A DNA stretch of 64,000 nt from Thermoanaerobaculia bacterium (GTDB lineage Bacteria > Acidobacteriota > Thermoanaerobaculia > Multivoradales > UBA5704). The position numbers and the translations under genes are program-made. The stretch spans positions 1 to 64,000 of the forward strand of contig JBGAGQ010000011.1 in assembly GCA_044226625.1 (NCBI GenBank). Direction: 5' to 3'. Numbering within the stretch: the stretch's first letter is position 1; each line of letters opens with the position of its first letter. Positions 19,789-30,586 of this stretch are shown here, in pieces. Below the pieces are notes generated by a model, which saw nothing but the letters and a program-made list of their open reading frames with translations, was not told where the DNA came from and ran no database searches.

Positions 19789-21303
19789 ATGGCCAACAAG
19801 CTCCTGGTCGAAAGCGACCCCCACCAGACGCGCATCGCGGTGCTGGAAGAAGACCGGCTGACGGAGATCTTCGTCGAGCGGCACCGCCATCGCGGTCTCG
19901 TGGGCAACGTCTACAAGGGGCGGGTCACCCGGGTGCTGCCGGGCATGCAGGCCGCGTTCGTCGACATCGGCCTCGAGAGGGACGCCTTCCTGTACGTGAG
20001 CGACGTGGCTCCCGACGTCGAGGCGATCGAAGAATCCGATTCGATCGAGTTGGAGCTCGACGAGCCGCGCACCGACGACGGCGGATCCGGTCCGCATCCG
20101 ATGCCGTCGATCGACGACCTGCTCAAAGCCGGGCAGGAGATCATCGTCCAGGTGGTCAAGGATCCCCTGCCGAGCAAGGGTGCGCGGATCTCGACCCACG
20201 TCACGCTGCCGGGGCGCTATCTGGTGCTCCTCCCCACGGTTCGCCACTTCGGCGTCTCGCGCCGGATCGAGGACGAGACCGAGCGCGAGCGGCTCCTGGG
20301 CGTGCTCGCCGAGCTTCCCACCTCGGGCGACGGTCTGATCGTCCGCACCGTGGGCGAGGGCAGGGGACGGGAGGAATTCGAGAGCGACCTCGCCTACCTC
20401 TCGAAGCTCTGGGAAAAGACCCGCCAACGCTCGAGCCGGGTCGCCGCCCCGACGCTCCTCCACCAAGATCTCGATCTCGCGCTGCGCGTGGTGCGCGATC
20501 TCCTGACGTCGGACTACAGCGTCCTTTGGGTGGACGGCGAAGAGACCTACACGCGGATCGTCGAGTTCCTCGATCAGGTCCAGCCGAACCTGGTCGGCAA
20601 GGTCCGCTTGTTCCGGCAGAACAACACCCTGTTCGAGCAGTTCGGGATCGAGGAGCAGATCGAAGGGGCGCTCAAGAGCAAGGTCTGGCTCAAGTCGGGC
20701 GGCTACATCGTGATCAATCCGACCGAGGCGTTGGTCGCGATCGACGTCAACACGGGCCGCTTCGTGGGCGAAAGCAACCTCGAGGACACGGTGCTCCAGA
20801 CCAATCTCGAGGCGGTGGGAGAGATCGTCCGCCAGATCCGCCTGCGCGACCTGGGGGGGATCATCGTCATCGACCTGATCGACATGGTCGAGCCGGCGAA
20901 CCGCGAGCAGGTCTTCGCGCGGCTCGAGACCGAGATCCGCAAAGACCGGGCGAAGACCAAGGTGCTCAACATCTCGGAGTTCGGCCTGGTCGAGGTCACG
21001 CGGAAACGCAGCCGTTCGAACCTGGAGCGGTTGCTCACCCAGACCTGTCCCTATTGCGCCGGCCGCGGCCGGATCAAGTCGATCGCGACGATCTGCCTGA
21101 ACATCCGCAAAGAGCTGCTTCGCCTGCGCGACCGGAGCCACCCGTCGGAGATCCTGCTGCGCGTTCATCCGGAGGTGTCGCGCGCGCTCCAGCAGGAGGA
21201 GCGGTCGATTCACGAAGAGGTCGAGCGCTCGCTCGGTTCGAAGATCCTGATCCAGAGCGACCCCGAGCTCCATCACGAACGGTTCGCCATCCTTGAGGTC
21301 TGA
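19789..21303 (+). CDS. rng: Rne/Rng family ribonuclease (RNase G-like)
   Basis: S1 domain GNVYKGRV...PGMQAAFVDIG, then AIDVNTG, RLRDLGGIIVID and the CPYC zinc link. Confidence 0.95.
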   Translation: MANKLLVESDPHQTRIAVLEEDRLTEIFVERHRHRGLVGNVYKGRVTRVLPGMQAAFVDIGLERDAFLYVSDVAPDVEAIEESDSIELELDEPRTDDGGSGPHPMPSIDDLLKAGQEIIVQVVKDPLPSKGARISTHVTLPGRYLVLLPTVRHFGVSRRIEDETERERLLGVLAELPTSGDGLIVRTVGEGRGREEFESDLAYLSKLWEKTRQRSSRVAAPTLLHQDLDLALRVVRDLLTSDYSVLWVDGEETYTRIVEFLDQVQPNLVGKVRLFRQNNTLFEQFGIEEQIEGALKSKVWLKSGGYIVINPTEALVAIDVNTGRFVGESNLEDTVLQTNLEAVGEIVRQIRLRDLGGIIVIDLIDMVEPANREQVFARLETEIRKDRAKTKVLNISEFGLVEVTRKRSRSNLERLLTQTCPYCAGRGRIKSIATICLNIRKELLRLRDRSHPSEILLRVHPEVSRALQQEERSIHEEVERSLGSKILIQSDPELHHERFAILEV

Positions 21304-23449
21304 GCCGGTGCGACCGGCGTCGCCTCCCTCCGGGCCGACGGTCGAGATCGGCCTGCCCGCCTGGCGCGGCGAGATCGCGGCCGAATTCCTCCAGGACGAC
21401 CTCGCCGCGACGATCGCTCATCTCTCCGACCCGGGCGCCGCCACGCAGACGCTCCACTGGGGGCGGAACTACCTCTACGCCACGAAGTTCCCCTCGTCAT
21501 CGTCCGGCGAGTCGTTCGAAGTGGTGGTCAAGCAGTTCCGGGAAGAGAGCTGGATCGCCCGGCGGCGGATGGCGCGCCGCGGCTCGAAAGCGGAGCGCAG
21601 CTTCCGCGTCGCGCAGGCCGTGCTCGCCGCCGGAGTGCCGACGCCGGAGCCGATCCTTTGGGCCGATGCCAAAAATTCGGGCGGCGTTTCCTTCTACGTC
21701 TGCCGGCGCGTCGAAGGGACCGAGGTCCGCCATCTGTTCCGCGCCGCCGCGGTCGGCAAGGAGCGGGAGCAGTTTCCCGAACTCGACCTTCCGGCGGTCC
21801 TGCGGGAGATCGGCCGGCTCGGCCGAAAGCTGCACGACGCGGCCATCCGCCATCGCGATCTTTCGGTGGGCAACCTCCTCGTCCGCCCGACGCCTTCGCA
21901 AGAAAGCCCCGAGCCACCCGGACTTTTTCTGCTCGACCTCAACCGCGCTCGCCTCGGGGTGAATCTCCGCCTCCCGGCGCGGATGCGCGAATTTTCCCGT
22001 CTCGCGCTCTTCCGGCCGGAGCACCGCGACCTCCTGCTCGAAGGTTATTTCGGCCGCACGCCGACCGACGCGGAACGGCGGCTCCTCACCTTCCATCAAA
22101 ACGCCTTCGAGAGGAAGGGGAAGACCAAGCGCATTTTCCGCGGCGTGCGAACCACCTTGCGTGGGGCCCTTTCCGCTCTCCGTCCGCGGCGCGCGCATCC
22201 GCACATTCCTCCCCCACCGGAGGGGGCCGCGACGCGCGACAAGATCGTCTGGGATCGACTCTCCGACCAGCCGCATCAACACGCGGGGCGGTTCGAGAAA
22301 CTGACCGTCCGCTTCGGCGACACCCCCGCGCACCTACGCTCGGGGACCGCCGCCCTGCTCGCCGCGCCGCGCGTCTGGCGCCGTTACCGCGAGCTCGAAA
22401 CGGAGCTGTTCCAGGGTCCTCGCCCGATCACCGGCATCGGCATCGGTCTCCGTCCCCTGCCGGAAGATCCGGACGGTCTGCTCGTCCTGGTGGACGAGCT
22501 GGGCGCGAAGAACGTCCTCCTCCGCCTCCACCCTTGGCAAGAGGAGCACCAGGCGGAAGAGGAGCTCGCGAAGGAGCTGGCCGCGCGCGGCCTCGACCTG
22601 CTCTTCGCCCTCCCCCAAAACCGAGATCTCGTCCGCGACCCCGCCCGATGGCGCGCGAGCCTCGAACGGATCGCCGAAACGTTCCTCCCCTACGGCCATC
22701 GCTTCCAGGTGGGTCAGGCGATCAACCGGAGCAAGTGGGGCATCTGGACCCTCGGCGAGTACATCGACCTCGCGACGATCGCCTCCGACGTCCTCCGAGC
22801 GCGCGCCGCCGGCAACGGCCAGCCGGTCGAGCTGCTCGGTCCGGCGGTGATCGACTTCGAGCTCTACGCGACGGCGTCCGCCCTGAACGCCAAGGCGAGG
22901 GGCCTCCAGTTCGACGCGGTCGCGAGCCTCCTCTACGTCGACCGCCGCGGCGCGCCCGAAAACAAACAGATGGGGCTCGATACGGTGGGCAAGCTCCGTC
23001 TCCTCCGCGCGATCTCCGACACGGCGAAAAACGTCCAGGAGCACGAAGGGCACCGCCGCTCCTGGGTCACCGAAGTCAACTGGCCGCTCTGGGAAGGACC
23101 GCACTCCCCGGCCGGAAAGTCCGTGTCGGTCGACGAAAAGACCCAGGCCGACTACCTCACGCGGTATTACCTGCTCGCCCTGGCGTCTGGGATGACCGAA
23201 AGGGTCTATTGGTGGCAGATGATCGCCCGCGGCTACGGGCTGGTCGACCGCGAGGACGGCGGGAAACTGCGGCGCCGGCCGAGCTTCTATGCCCTGAAAC
23301 AGCTGATCGCGGAGCTGGACGGGGCGACGTTCGAGCGGCGGCTGGAGTCGCCCGAAGGGACGTATCGGTTGCAGTTCCGGCGGGCGGACGGGACCGCTTG
23401 GATCGCGCCGTCGTCCGAAGTTTGGAGCCCGCCGCCTCAGCCGGCCTGA
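21293..23449 (+). CDS. Kdo/WaaP-like lipopolysaccharide kinase fused to a clan GH-A-like glycoside hydrolase barrel
   Basis: Kinase motifs VVVK, HRDLSVGNLL and LLDLNR. The C-terminal barrel has QVGQAINR, WVTEVNW and ERVYWW. Confidence 0.75.
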   Translation: MRSEPVRPASPPSGPTVEIGLPAWRGEIAAEFLQDDLAATIAHLSDPGAATQTLHWGRNYLYATKFPSSSSGESFEVVVKQFREESWIARRRMARRGSKAERSFRVAQAVLAAGVPTPEPILWADAKNSGGVSFYVCRRVEGTEVRHLFRAAAVGKEREQFPELDLPAVLREIGRLGRKLHDAAIRHRDLSVGNLLVRPTPSQESPEPPGLFLLDLNRARLGVNLRLPARMREFSRLALFRPEHRDLLLEGYFGRTPTDAERRLLTFHQNAFERKGKTKRIFRGVRTTLRGALSALRPRRAHPHIPPPPEGAATRDKIVWDRLSDQPHQHAGRFEKLTVRFGDTPAHLRSGTAALLAAPRVWRRYRELETELFQGPRPITGIGIGLRPLPEDPDGLLVLVDELGAKNVLLRLHPWQEEHQAEEELAKELAARGLDLLFALPQNRDLVRDPARWRASLERIAETFLPYGHRFQVGQAINRSKWGIWTLGEYIDLATIASDVLRARAAGNGQPVELLGPAVIDFELYATASALNAKARGLQFDAVASLLYVDRRGAPENKQMGLDTVGKLRLLRAISDTAKNVQEHEGHRRSWVTEVNWPLWEGPHSPAGKSVSVDEKTQADYLTRYYLLALASGMTERVYWWQMIARGYGLVDREDGGKLRRRPSFYALKQLIAELDGATFERRLESPEGTYRLQFRRADGTAWIAPSSEVWSPPPQPA

Positions 23450-24126
23450 TCCGCGAGATCGCGGATCTGCCGGTTCTCGAACGTCTGTCCGCGCAGGTTT
23501 TCGCTCGTCGCGCGAAGCATCGCCCGGCCCAAATCCTTGCCTGAGACGTAAAGGCTGCGAATCGGGCTCAGCAGGGGATAGAACGGTCGAAAGATCTTGT
23601 AGGCGAGCGGCTCGCTCCTGGACGGCAGGCCGTCGATCGCGGCAGGCCGCCAGCAGCAAGTAGCAGGCGACAGAGCTTTCAGATCGCGCTCGGTTTCGGC
23701 CTTCACCCGCGCCCACATCATCCGGCTATCGAGCGCGGTGCCCTGGCCGCTCACGAAATGGAAGACCGCTTCGGGGCTCTTCGCCATCAAAGTCCGGGCC
23801 GCGGCGAGCGCGAAATCGTGGGTGATCCGCCGATACTCCGGCTCGCCGGACACCTGCGTGACTGAAATCCCAAGACAATAGAGGCAGGCGTCGACACCCG
23901 CGAACGCCTCCTCGACGGCAGAAAGGTCCATAAAGTCGGAATGGAGCACGAAGCGAAGCTGCTCGCCCCCGGCCACCCCTTCAAGATCGGGCAGCCGCCG
24001 AGCGATCGCTCGAACCTCGCCGACGAGAGGCGACGCGAGGCAGACTCGGAGCACGCTCCCTCCGGCCGATCCGGTTGCGCCGAAGAGGAGGATCGTGAGA
24101 GGACGGTCCGCGGGGGGAATCGTCAC
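23437..24126 (-). CDS. NAD(P)-binding epimerase/atypical SDR protein
   Basis: FGATGSAG Rossmann motif, DACLYCLG and WARVKAETE. Confidence 0.85.
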   Translation of the reverse strand: MTIPPADRPLTILLFGATGSAGGSVLRVCLASPLVGEVRAIARRLPDLEGVAGGEQLRFVLHSDFMDLSAVEEAFAGVDACLYCLGISVTQVSGEPEYRRITHDFALAAARTLMAKSPEAVFHFVSGQGTALDSRMMWARVKAETERDLKALSPATCCWRPAAIDGLPSRSEPLAYKIFRPFYPLLSPIRSLYVSGKDLGRAMLRATSENLRGQTFENRQIRDLADQAG

Positions 24127-24419
24127 GCGATGTCGTCCCTCGGTGCAGGGACCTTAGGGTACGGCTCGAGCCTTTCACCAAGCGAGGCCATGGCGGCTAG
24201 AAAAAGGTGGGGATATGCGAGGGGAACAGTCCGGCAGAGTCGGACGATTCGTCGACGCAGGGCCGTCGCCTTTTCTTCTGGGCCCCTCGCGAGTCGATAA
24301 ATCTCTCGCCACGCTTCGATCTCGCCCCGGTCGAGGATCTGCGCCAAGACTTCGTCGCTTTCCAGGTTGACGCCGTTGCGATTCCACAACGCCTGCGAGG
24401 TCGAGAGGTCGAAGCTCAC
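24123..24419 (-). CDS. Small helical hypothetical protein (DUF6922-like)
   Basis: LWN...[14 protein letters not shown] pattern, with 4-bp GTGA overlaps to both neighbours. Confidence 0.6.
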   Translation of the reverse strand: MSFDLSTSQALWNRNGVNLESDEVLAQILDRGEIEAWREIYRLARGPEEKATALRRRIVRLCRTVPLAYPHLFLAAMASLGERLEPYPKVPAPRDDIA

Positions 24420-27400
24420 GTCGCGGCTCCTGATCTGACCGAGCTCAAAGCGCGCGACGAGGTGGGGACAATTGGGCTCCTACGACCCTGCGGGCCTCCC
24501 CCGGCGGCAGGGGTGCCGCGGGTGGCCGCCGGACGGCGTAGCGCGTCTTCGATGCGCCAGGCATCCGTGGGATCGACCCTTGGGGCGTCGGCCAGGTGCC
24601 GGACTTCGCGGCCGGCGAGGTGGGCGACCGGCAGCCCATTCGTGAGCAGGATGCGCTGACTCGCGACGGCGGAGATGCGCTCGCCGGGGGTGAGGATTCC
24701 GGCTAAGTTCAGCGGATCGGCGGCGCTGATCGCGACCCGTTCTCCGGTCGGTTCTTCGCGGCGGAGCCGGCGGAGCTGGCCGACCGCTTCGGGGAGCGCG
24801 AACTGTTCGCCCGAAAATCCGGCGACGAAGCGCCCGCCGCGAATCTCGCCGCGCGCCTCCAGCCGATAGAGCGCGCGCAGCAGCGAGCGCCAAGGAGGAG
24901 CGAGCGATTCTCTTTCGAGGAGCTTTCGGAACACGACTCCGTAGCGCGCCAGGAGGGTTCGCGCCGCGATCTCCGCTGCCGCGTCCTCTGGAGGCAGGGC
25001 GGGAGGCACGGCGCCGTTCGAAGAGGCTTCGGGCAGCAAGGAGGGCCGCAGGAGCGCCCAGCGGCCGGCGGCGCCGAGGGGATGGCCACCGAGCAGCCCG
25101 CCGCGCGCGCTCCTCCGTTTGGCCGCCGCGATGCGGGCATCGGACGGGCCGATCAGCGAGCGCAATCCCGCGAACCCGTCCGCCGCGGCGAGGCCGCGCG
25201 CGACCAACTCGCCGAGCGCCGCGTCGACCCGCGAAGGGAGAAGTCCTGTCGCCCGGGCCAGATCGGGAGAGAAGGAGGCACCGCTCCGCTCGAGCGCCTG
25301 ATAGACCGCTTGGGCTTCGTTCGACAGGCTCGCGATCTCGTCGGGGCCCGGCGTCGCGATCTGCGGCTCCCAGGCGGGCGCGGTCTCGCGCGCAAAGAAG
25401 GCGATCGGCGTCGCGCGCACCGGTCCTCCTCGGCCGGATGCCTTGCCGGCTGAGACGGTCGGGGGGCTTGCCCTGCGCCAGAGCAGGCGGCCGGAGAAGC
25501 AGAGCGCGTCGAGCCAGGCCGGATCGTACCCTTCGACCCGCGCGGGGAGGATCTCGCTCTCCCACGCTCCCGCGGGAGCCTCGAAACCCTCGAGGTGGGC
25601 AAGGACGGCGGCGAGCCCGTCGGCGCCGCGCGCCCGGGTGGCGGCGGTCGCCCGCTGCCAGACCGGCAGAAATCGAAGCAGCTCCGCCGCGGTCACCGGC
25701 TCGATCTCCCGGCGCAGGCGCTCGATCGTCGCCCGGTGGATGCGCGCGAGCAGGCGCCGGTCGCACCACTCTTCCTCCCCCAGCCCGGGAGTGAACCGGC
25801 CACGCATCGCGCTGCCTTCCCCTTCGAGCGCGGCGACCGCCGAGGCGACGTCTCCGGCGGATGCTCCGAGCGGCGCGGCGAGCCCCTGGACCGTCACCGG
25901 GCCGAGGGCGGAGAGCCGACCACGCAGCAAAGAGACCAGGGCCGCCTCGCGCGAGACCGGGCTCTTCGATCGGGGGGGCGCCTCGATCGATGGAGACCAT
26001 TCGGGGCTCGAAACGACCGCGAGCAGGTCCGGCAGTCGCTCGGCCGAGATCCAGAGACGTGGTGATCCCGGTCCGGAGAGAACGGTCGCGCGGCGGGAGC
26101 TGACGAGCTGATCGAACAGCGCCTCCCAACCTGAAGCGCGCCCCTCGGCCTCGGTGAAGAAACCGATCGTCGCGAGCGCGTCGGCAAGCTCCTCGGCGTC
26201 GCGCGGCTCGGGCCACGCTTCCGCCTGGACCCTCTCGATCGCGTCGAGGTCGAGGGCGCCCAAATCCGAGGCGGTCTTCGGATCGAGCCAGCGCCGCGTG
26301 CGAACCGCCTGCGTCCGCCGCTCTTCGAGCGGCGCGTCGTCGAGGAACGAATAGGGCCGGGCGGCGAGGATCTGCGCGGCGAGCGGCGACGGCTCGGTGA
26401 GGTCGCGCGCGACGCGACGAAGCTCGCCCCCTTCGAGCCGGCGAAGGAGCGCCTCCAGCCCCTCGATGTCCATCGCCTCTTCGAGGCAGTCGACCAGGGT
26501 CTGGCGGACCAGAGGATGCTCCGGGATCTCCCGTTCGCCGACGATGTTTTCCAAGCAGGCGAGCTGATCCGGAAAAACGACGGCCGCGAGATCCTCCGCC
26601 TGCTGCCGGAGGAGCGGCGCCGGAGTCCGTCGTCCGCCGCGGAAGCGCAGAACGGCGAGCGATCGCGTCGCGTTCCAACGCCAGCGGGCGGGAAAGAGGG
26701 GGGAATCGAGCACCGCCTGCTCGAGCACGCCGCGGACGGTGTTCGAACGGAGGAAATCGAACGCCTCGTCGAGTGGGAAGCTGTGGGTGGGTCCCAGGGA
26801 GAGAACCAGCGAGTCCTCGTCCGCCGCCGCCTGGAGCTCAAAGTTGAAGCTCTGACAGAAGCGTTTTCGTAGCGATAGACCCCACGCTCGATTGAGCCGG
26901 CTGCCGTGCGGCGAGTGGATCACCAGGTGCTGGTCGCCCGCCTCGTCGAAGAACCGCTCGGCGATGACGGTGTCCTCCGTGGGGAGCGCGCCGAGCGCGG
27001 CGCGCGCGGTCGCGAGATGCTCGGCCAGCTCGCGCGCCGCCTCGGGACTCAGGCCCACCTCCGTTTCGAGCCAGGCGATCGCCGCGGCGAGGCCTTCCGG
27101 GCCGCCCGTCTCGAGGCGGCTCTCGACCTCGCCGTAAAGGCGCGCCACCGCGCCCGAAAGCTCCTCCGTCCGTCCCGCCGCTTCGCCGAGCCAAAAAGGG
27201 ATGGTCGGCGCCGCGCCGTGGGCATCTTCCACGCGCACCTTGCCCGGCTCCACTTTCAGGATTCGCCAGGAGGTGTTGCCGAGCTGGAAAACGTCTCCTT
27301 GAAGGCTTTCGACCGCGAAATCCTCGTGCACGGTTCCCACCTGTAATCCCGTGGGCTCCATCAGCACGGCGTAGTCGGCGGTGTCGGGGATCGCGCCTCC

Positions 27401-28906
27401 CGAGGTGATCGCGGCGATCCGGGCGCCGCGCCGCGGCCGGAGGATGCCGTGAACCCGGTCGAGATGGAGATGCGCGCCGCGGCGCCCACCGGTCGTGGCG
27501 TAGCCGTCCGCCAGCGAGTCGACCACCGCGTCGAAATCCTCGCGCGACAGCTCGTGGTACGGCTCGGCCCGCCGGATCAACGCGAACAGATCGTCGACCG
27601 CACGCTCCCCTCCGGCGATTTCCGCCGTGATCTGCTGCGCCAGGATGTCGAGCGGAGCCTCTGGAATGATCACCCGGTCGAGCTCGCCGCGGCGAAGCGC
27701 GTCGAGCAGCGCCGCTCCCTCGACGAGCTCGCCGAGCGTCGTCGGATAGAGCCGCACCTTGGGCGTCCCCCCCACCTGGTGGCCGGAACGCCCCGCGCGC
27801 TGGAGCAGCGCCGAGATCGAGCGGGTCGAGCCGAGCTGGCAGACCAGGTCGACCGTACCGATGTCGATGCCCAGCTCGAGCGACGAGGTCGCGACCAGCG
27901 CGGCCAGCTCGCCGCGCTTCAGTCGGTCCTCCACCCCGAGCCGGCGCTCCTTGGAGAGGCTCCCGTGGTGCGAGGCGACTTTTCCCGCTCCTAGCCGCTC
28001 TTCGAGGTGACGCGCCACCCGCTCGGCGAGCCGGCGGGTGTTGGCGAAGATCAGCGTCGTCCGATGCGAGCGGATCTGCTCGGAGAGCAGGTCGTAGACC
28101 TCGTCCCAAACCTCGCCGGACATAACGGCTGACAACGGCGAGCCCGGCAGGGAGAGCGAAGCGTCGATCCGGCGCTTGCGCCCGGTGTCCACGATCGAAA
28201 CGGGCCGCGTTCGGCCCGCGGCATCTCGGCCGACCAGGAAGCGGCCGATCACCTCGATCGGCTTCTGCGTTGCCGAGAGGCCGATCCGAGCGAGGGTGCC
28301 GCCCTGCGCCTCGACCAAAGCTTCCAACCGCGCGAGCGAGAGGGCGAGATGCGAGCCGCGCTTCGACCCCGCGACGGCATGAATCTCGTCGACGATCACG
28401 GTCCGCACGGTATCGAGCATCTTTCGGCCCGATTCCGAGGTGAGCAGGATGTACAGGCTTTCAGGGGTCGTCACCAGCAGATGCGGCGGCCGGCGGGTCA
28501 TCGCGGTCCGGGTCGCGGCGGGGGTATCGCCGGTCCGGAGCATGGTCCGGATCTCGACGTCCGGGAGATCCCGCGCGGCCAGCTCGACGCGGATCCCGGC
28601 GAGCGGCTCGGCGAGGTTCTTCTCGACATCGTTCGACAGGGCTTTGAGCGGCGAGACGTAGAGAACCTCGGTCGCGTCCGAAAGCCCGCCTTCCAACCCT
28701 CGGCGAACCAGATCGTCGATCGCGGCGAGAAACGCGGCGAGAGTCTTCCCCGAACCCGTAGGCGCGGCGACCAAGACCGACCGACCCGCCCGGATCTCCG
28801 GCCAGGAGCGCTCCTGGACCTCGGTCGGAGCGCCCAGCCGCCGCTCGAACCAGGCGGAAACGGCCGGGTGGAAGGAAGCGAGGGGGGCGCGCGGGCGGCG
28901 TGGCAT
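24416..28906 (-). CDS. lhr: Lhr family ATP-dependent helicase with C-terminal winged-helix/glycosylase-like region
   Basis: [30 protein letters not shown] and QRAGRSGH, with C-terminal [15 protein letters not shown]. Confidence 0.93.
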   Translation of the reverse strand: MPRRPRAPLASFHPAVSAWFERRLGAPTEVQERSWPEIRAGRSVLVAAPTGSGKTLAAFLAAIDDLVRRGLEGGLSDATEVLYVSPLKALSNDVEKNLAEPLAGIRVELAARDLPDVEIRTMLRTGDTPAATRTAMTRRPPHLLVTTPESLYILLTSESGRKMLDTVRTVIVDEIHAVAGSKRGSHLALSLARLEALVEAQGGTLARIGLSATQKPIEVIGRFLVGRDAAGRTRPVSIVDTGRKRRIDASLSLPGSPLSAVMSGEVWDEVYDLLSEQIRSHRTTLIFANTRRLAERVARHLEERLGAGKVASHHGSLSKERRLGVEDRLKRGELAALVATSSLELGIDIGTVDLVCQLGSTRSISALLQRAGRSGHQVGGTPKVRLYPTTLGELVEGAALLDALRRGELDRVIIPEAPLDILAQQITAEIAGGERAVDDLFALIRRAEPYHELSREDFDAVVDSLADGYATTGGRRGAHLHLDRVHGILRPRRGARIAAITSGGAIPDTADYAVLMEPTGLQVGTVHEDFAVESLQGDVFQLGNTSWRILKVEPGKVRVEDAHGAAPTIPFWLGEAAGRTEELSGAVARLYGEVESRLETGGPEGLAAAIAWLETEVGLSPEAARELAEHLATARAALGALPTEDTVIAERFFDEAGDQHLVIHSPHGSRLNRAWGLSLRKRFCQSFNFELQAAADEDSLVLSLGPTHSFPLDEAFDFLRSNTVRGVLEQAVLDSPLFPARWRWNATRSLAVLRFRGGRRTPAPLLRQQAEDLAAVVFPDQLACLENIVGEREIPEHPLVRQTLVDCLEEAMDIEGLEALLRRLEGGELRRVARDLTEPSPLAAQILAARPYSFLDDAPLEERRTQAVRTRRWLDPKTASDLGALDLDAIERVQAEAWPEPRDAEELADALATIGFFTEAEGRASGWEALFDQLVSSRRATVLSGPGSPRLWISAERLPDLLAVVSSPEWSPSIEAPPRSKSPVSREAALVSLLRGRLSALGPVTVQGLAAPLGASAGDVASAVAALEGEGSAMRGRFTPGLGEEEWCDRRLLARIHRATIERLRREIEPVTAAELLRFLPVWQRATAATRARGADGLAAVLAHLEGFEAPAGAWESEILPARVEGYDPAWLDALCFSGRLLWRRASPPTVSAGKASGRGGPVRATPIAFFARETAPAWEPQIATPGPDEIASLSNEAQAVYQALERSGASFSPDLARATGLLPSRVDAALGELVARGLAAADGFAGLRSLIGPSDARIAAAKRRSARGGLLGGHPLGAAGRWALLRPSLLPEASSNGAVPPALPPEDAAAEIAARTLLARYGVVFRKLLERESLAPPWRSLLRALYRLEARGEIRGGRFVAGFSGEQFALPEAVGQLRRLRREEPTGERVAISAADPLNLAGILTPGERISAVASQRILLTNGLPVAHLAGREVRHLADAPRVDPTDAWRIEDALRRPAATRGTPAAGGGPQGRRSPIVPTSSRALSSVRSGAAT

Positions 28907-28960
28907 CGAGTTGCGTCCACGCCTAGCTTACGCCTCCCTCGAGAGGCTTGGCGAGGATTC

Positions 28961-29842
28961 CTATTCCAAGAACCCGATCGCTCGCTCGACCCTTCCCGCG
29001 GTCCAGAGCGGCCGGTGATGTCCGAGGCCTTCGCTCATGTGTAGCTCGGCCCCCGGCCAGGCGCGGACGAGCTCCTCACCGTCCTCGAAGGGAACTTCGT
29101 CGTCCCCGCGGTCGTGGAGCACGAGAAGGGGGACCTCGAGCGCGGGCGCCAGACGCCTGGGCTCCGCCTCGTCGAAACCGATCCGGAGCCAACTCTCCGA
29201 CATCCGGCGAAGGCGCCGTTCGACCTCGTCGTTCCAGCCCAGGCCTCGACGCATCCGGCCGAGGAAGTTTTCCCATCCGGCCGGGGGCGCGAAGAAGACC
29301 GCCTTCTTCGGGCGGATGCCGCGGCTAAGCGCGTATGTCGCCCCGGCGCAGCCGAAGCTGTGAGCGATCAGCCCGGCGAACGGCGAAAACAGCTCGCCGG
29401 CCTTCTCGATCGCGGTCGCGAAATGTCGCAGCGAGGAGATCGAGCCACCCGAACGGCCGTGCCCGGGGACGTCGAGCGCGACCGCGCGGAAGCCGCGGGC
29501 GAGGAGCGGCTCCACGAAGCTCGCGAACTGACCCGCGTGTCCACCCCACCCGTGGATCAGGAGGACCGGATCCCCCTGGCCCCACGACCAGCCGACCACC
29601 GGCCCTTCCGGCGTCTCCAGCTCGAACCGCTGGCCTTGCTCGAGCCGCGTCTTCTGTTCCGGCCGCAGCCGGCTTGGCGGTGGGGTGAAAAAAAGGCGCC
29701 GGGCCACGCGCGCCGTGGCGCTCGGCGCGATCCCCCCGGCAAGGCTGAATCCCGCGCGCAGCCAACCGGGGAAGGGGATCGGGCGTAAACGATCGATCGT
29801 GCTTTTTTCGAACAGAGAAGGCTCACTCGGCAGGTGGCTCAT
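28961..29842 (-). CDS. Alpha/beta fold hydrolase
   Basis: HGWGG, AHSFG, HDRGD and GLGH. Confidence 0.9.
   Translation of the reverse strand: MSHLPSEPSLFEKSTIDRLRPIPFPGWLRAGFSLAGGIAPSATARVARRLFFTPPPSRLRPEQKTRLEQGQRFELETPEGPVVGWSWGQGDPVLLIHGWGGHAGQFASFVEPLLARGFRAVALDVPGHGRSGGSISSLRHFATAIEKAGELFSPFAGLIAHSFGCAGATYALSRGIRPKKAVFFAPPAGWENFLGRMRRGLGWNDEVERRLRRMSESWLRIGFDEAEPRRLAPALEVPLLVLHDRGDDEVPFEDGEELVRAWPGAELHMSEGLGHHRPLWTAGRVERAIGFLE
29787..29806. promoter_or_regulatory. Putative TetR operator inside the 5' end of the hydrolase gene
   Basis: Palindrome ACGATCGATCGT at 29789-29800. The reverse complement AAAAGCACGATCGATCGTTT matches the tetR promoter site. Confidence 0.55.
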
Positions 29843-29875
29843 GTCGCGCTCCTCAGGGACGGTTCGACTGCGGTC

Positions 29876-30487
29876 TTATTGCAGCGGGGCGTTCGCGTCG
29901 GCGAGCAGGCGGGCGAAAGCCGCCCGCGCCCGCCGTTCGGCGCTCGGGTCGGCGACTAATTTCGCCGCGTGCTGGAGGGCCATGCCGATCGCCTTGAACT
30001 CGAAGGCGAACTGTTCCGGATCGAGGTCGGCCCGGAAATGTCCTTCACGGATCGCGAGCGCGGCCGCCTTGGCCACCGTGGCGATCCAGTCTTTCTGGCT
30101 GCGGACGAGCGCGTCGCGCACGGCTCCCGGCCGGTCGTCGTACTCCGCGGACAGCGATAGGAACGGACAACCCAGAACCTCCTCCTCGCCGGCGCACTCT
30201 CCCTGGAACCAGCCGATCCAACGCTCGAACAGCTCGCGCACCCGCGGCGCCCCTCGCGGCTTCGCAAGGATCGGCCGGACCACCCGCTCCGTAAATCGCT
30301 CGATCGCCTCGTCGAGAACGGCGAGCTGAAGCGCCTCTTTGGACCGGAAATGCGCGAAGAGACCGCTCTTCGAAATCTGCAGCTCGTCGGCCAGGCGGCC
30401 GAGCGTCACCCCTTCGAGACCCAGCTCCGAAGCCCGCTGGAGCGCGGTATCGACGATCTGCTGCCGGGTGGCTTCGCCCTTGCGCAT
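29876..30487 (-). CDS. TetR/AcrR family transcriptional regulator
   Basis: MRKGEATRQQI...GVTLGRLADELQISKSGLFAHFRSKEAL HTH. Confidence 0.95.
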   Translation of the reverse strand: MRKGEATRQQIVDTALQRASELGLEGVTLGRLADELQISKSGLFAHFRSKEALQLAVLDEAIERFTERVVRPILAKPRGAPRVRELFERWIGWFQGECAGEEEVLGCPFLSLSAEYDDRPGAVRDALVRSQKDWIATVAKAAALAIREGHFRADLDPEQFAFEFKAIGMALQHAAKLVADPSAERRARAAFARLLADANAPLQ

Positions 30488-30495
30488 GGCGGCAG

Positions 30496-30523
30496 AGAAT
30501 AGCACGACCGGTCGGTTTTGCAA
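30496..30523 (-). promoter_or_regulatory. tetR promoter with operator palindrome in the spacer (probably leaderless transcript)
   Basis: TTGCAA-16 bp-TATTCT lies 8 nt before the ATG, with the CGACCGGTCG palindrome at 30505-30514. Confidence 0.6.
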
Positions 30524-30586
30524 GATGGGTCGAGCCCGGATCTCAGCGGCGCCACGGCCCTTACGGACACGCTGAAAATTCTCCAC

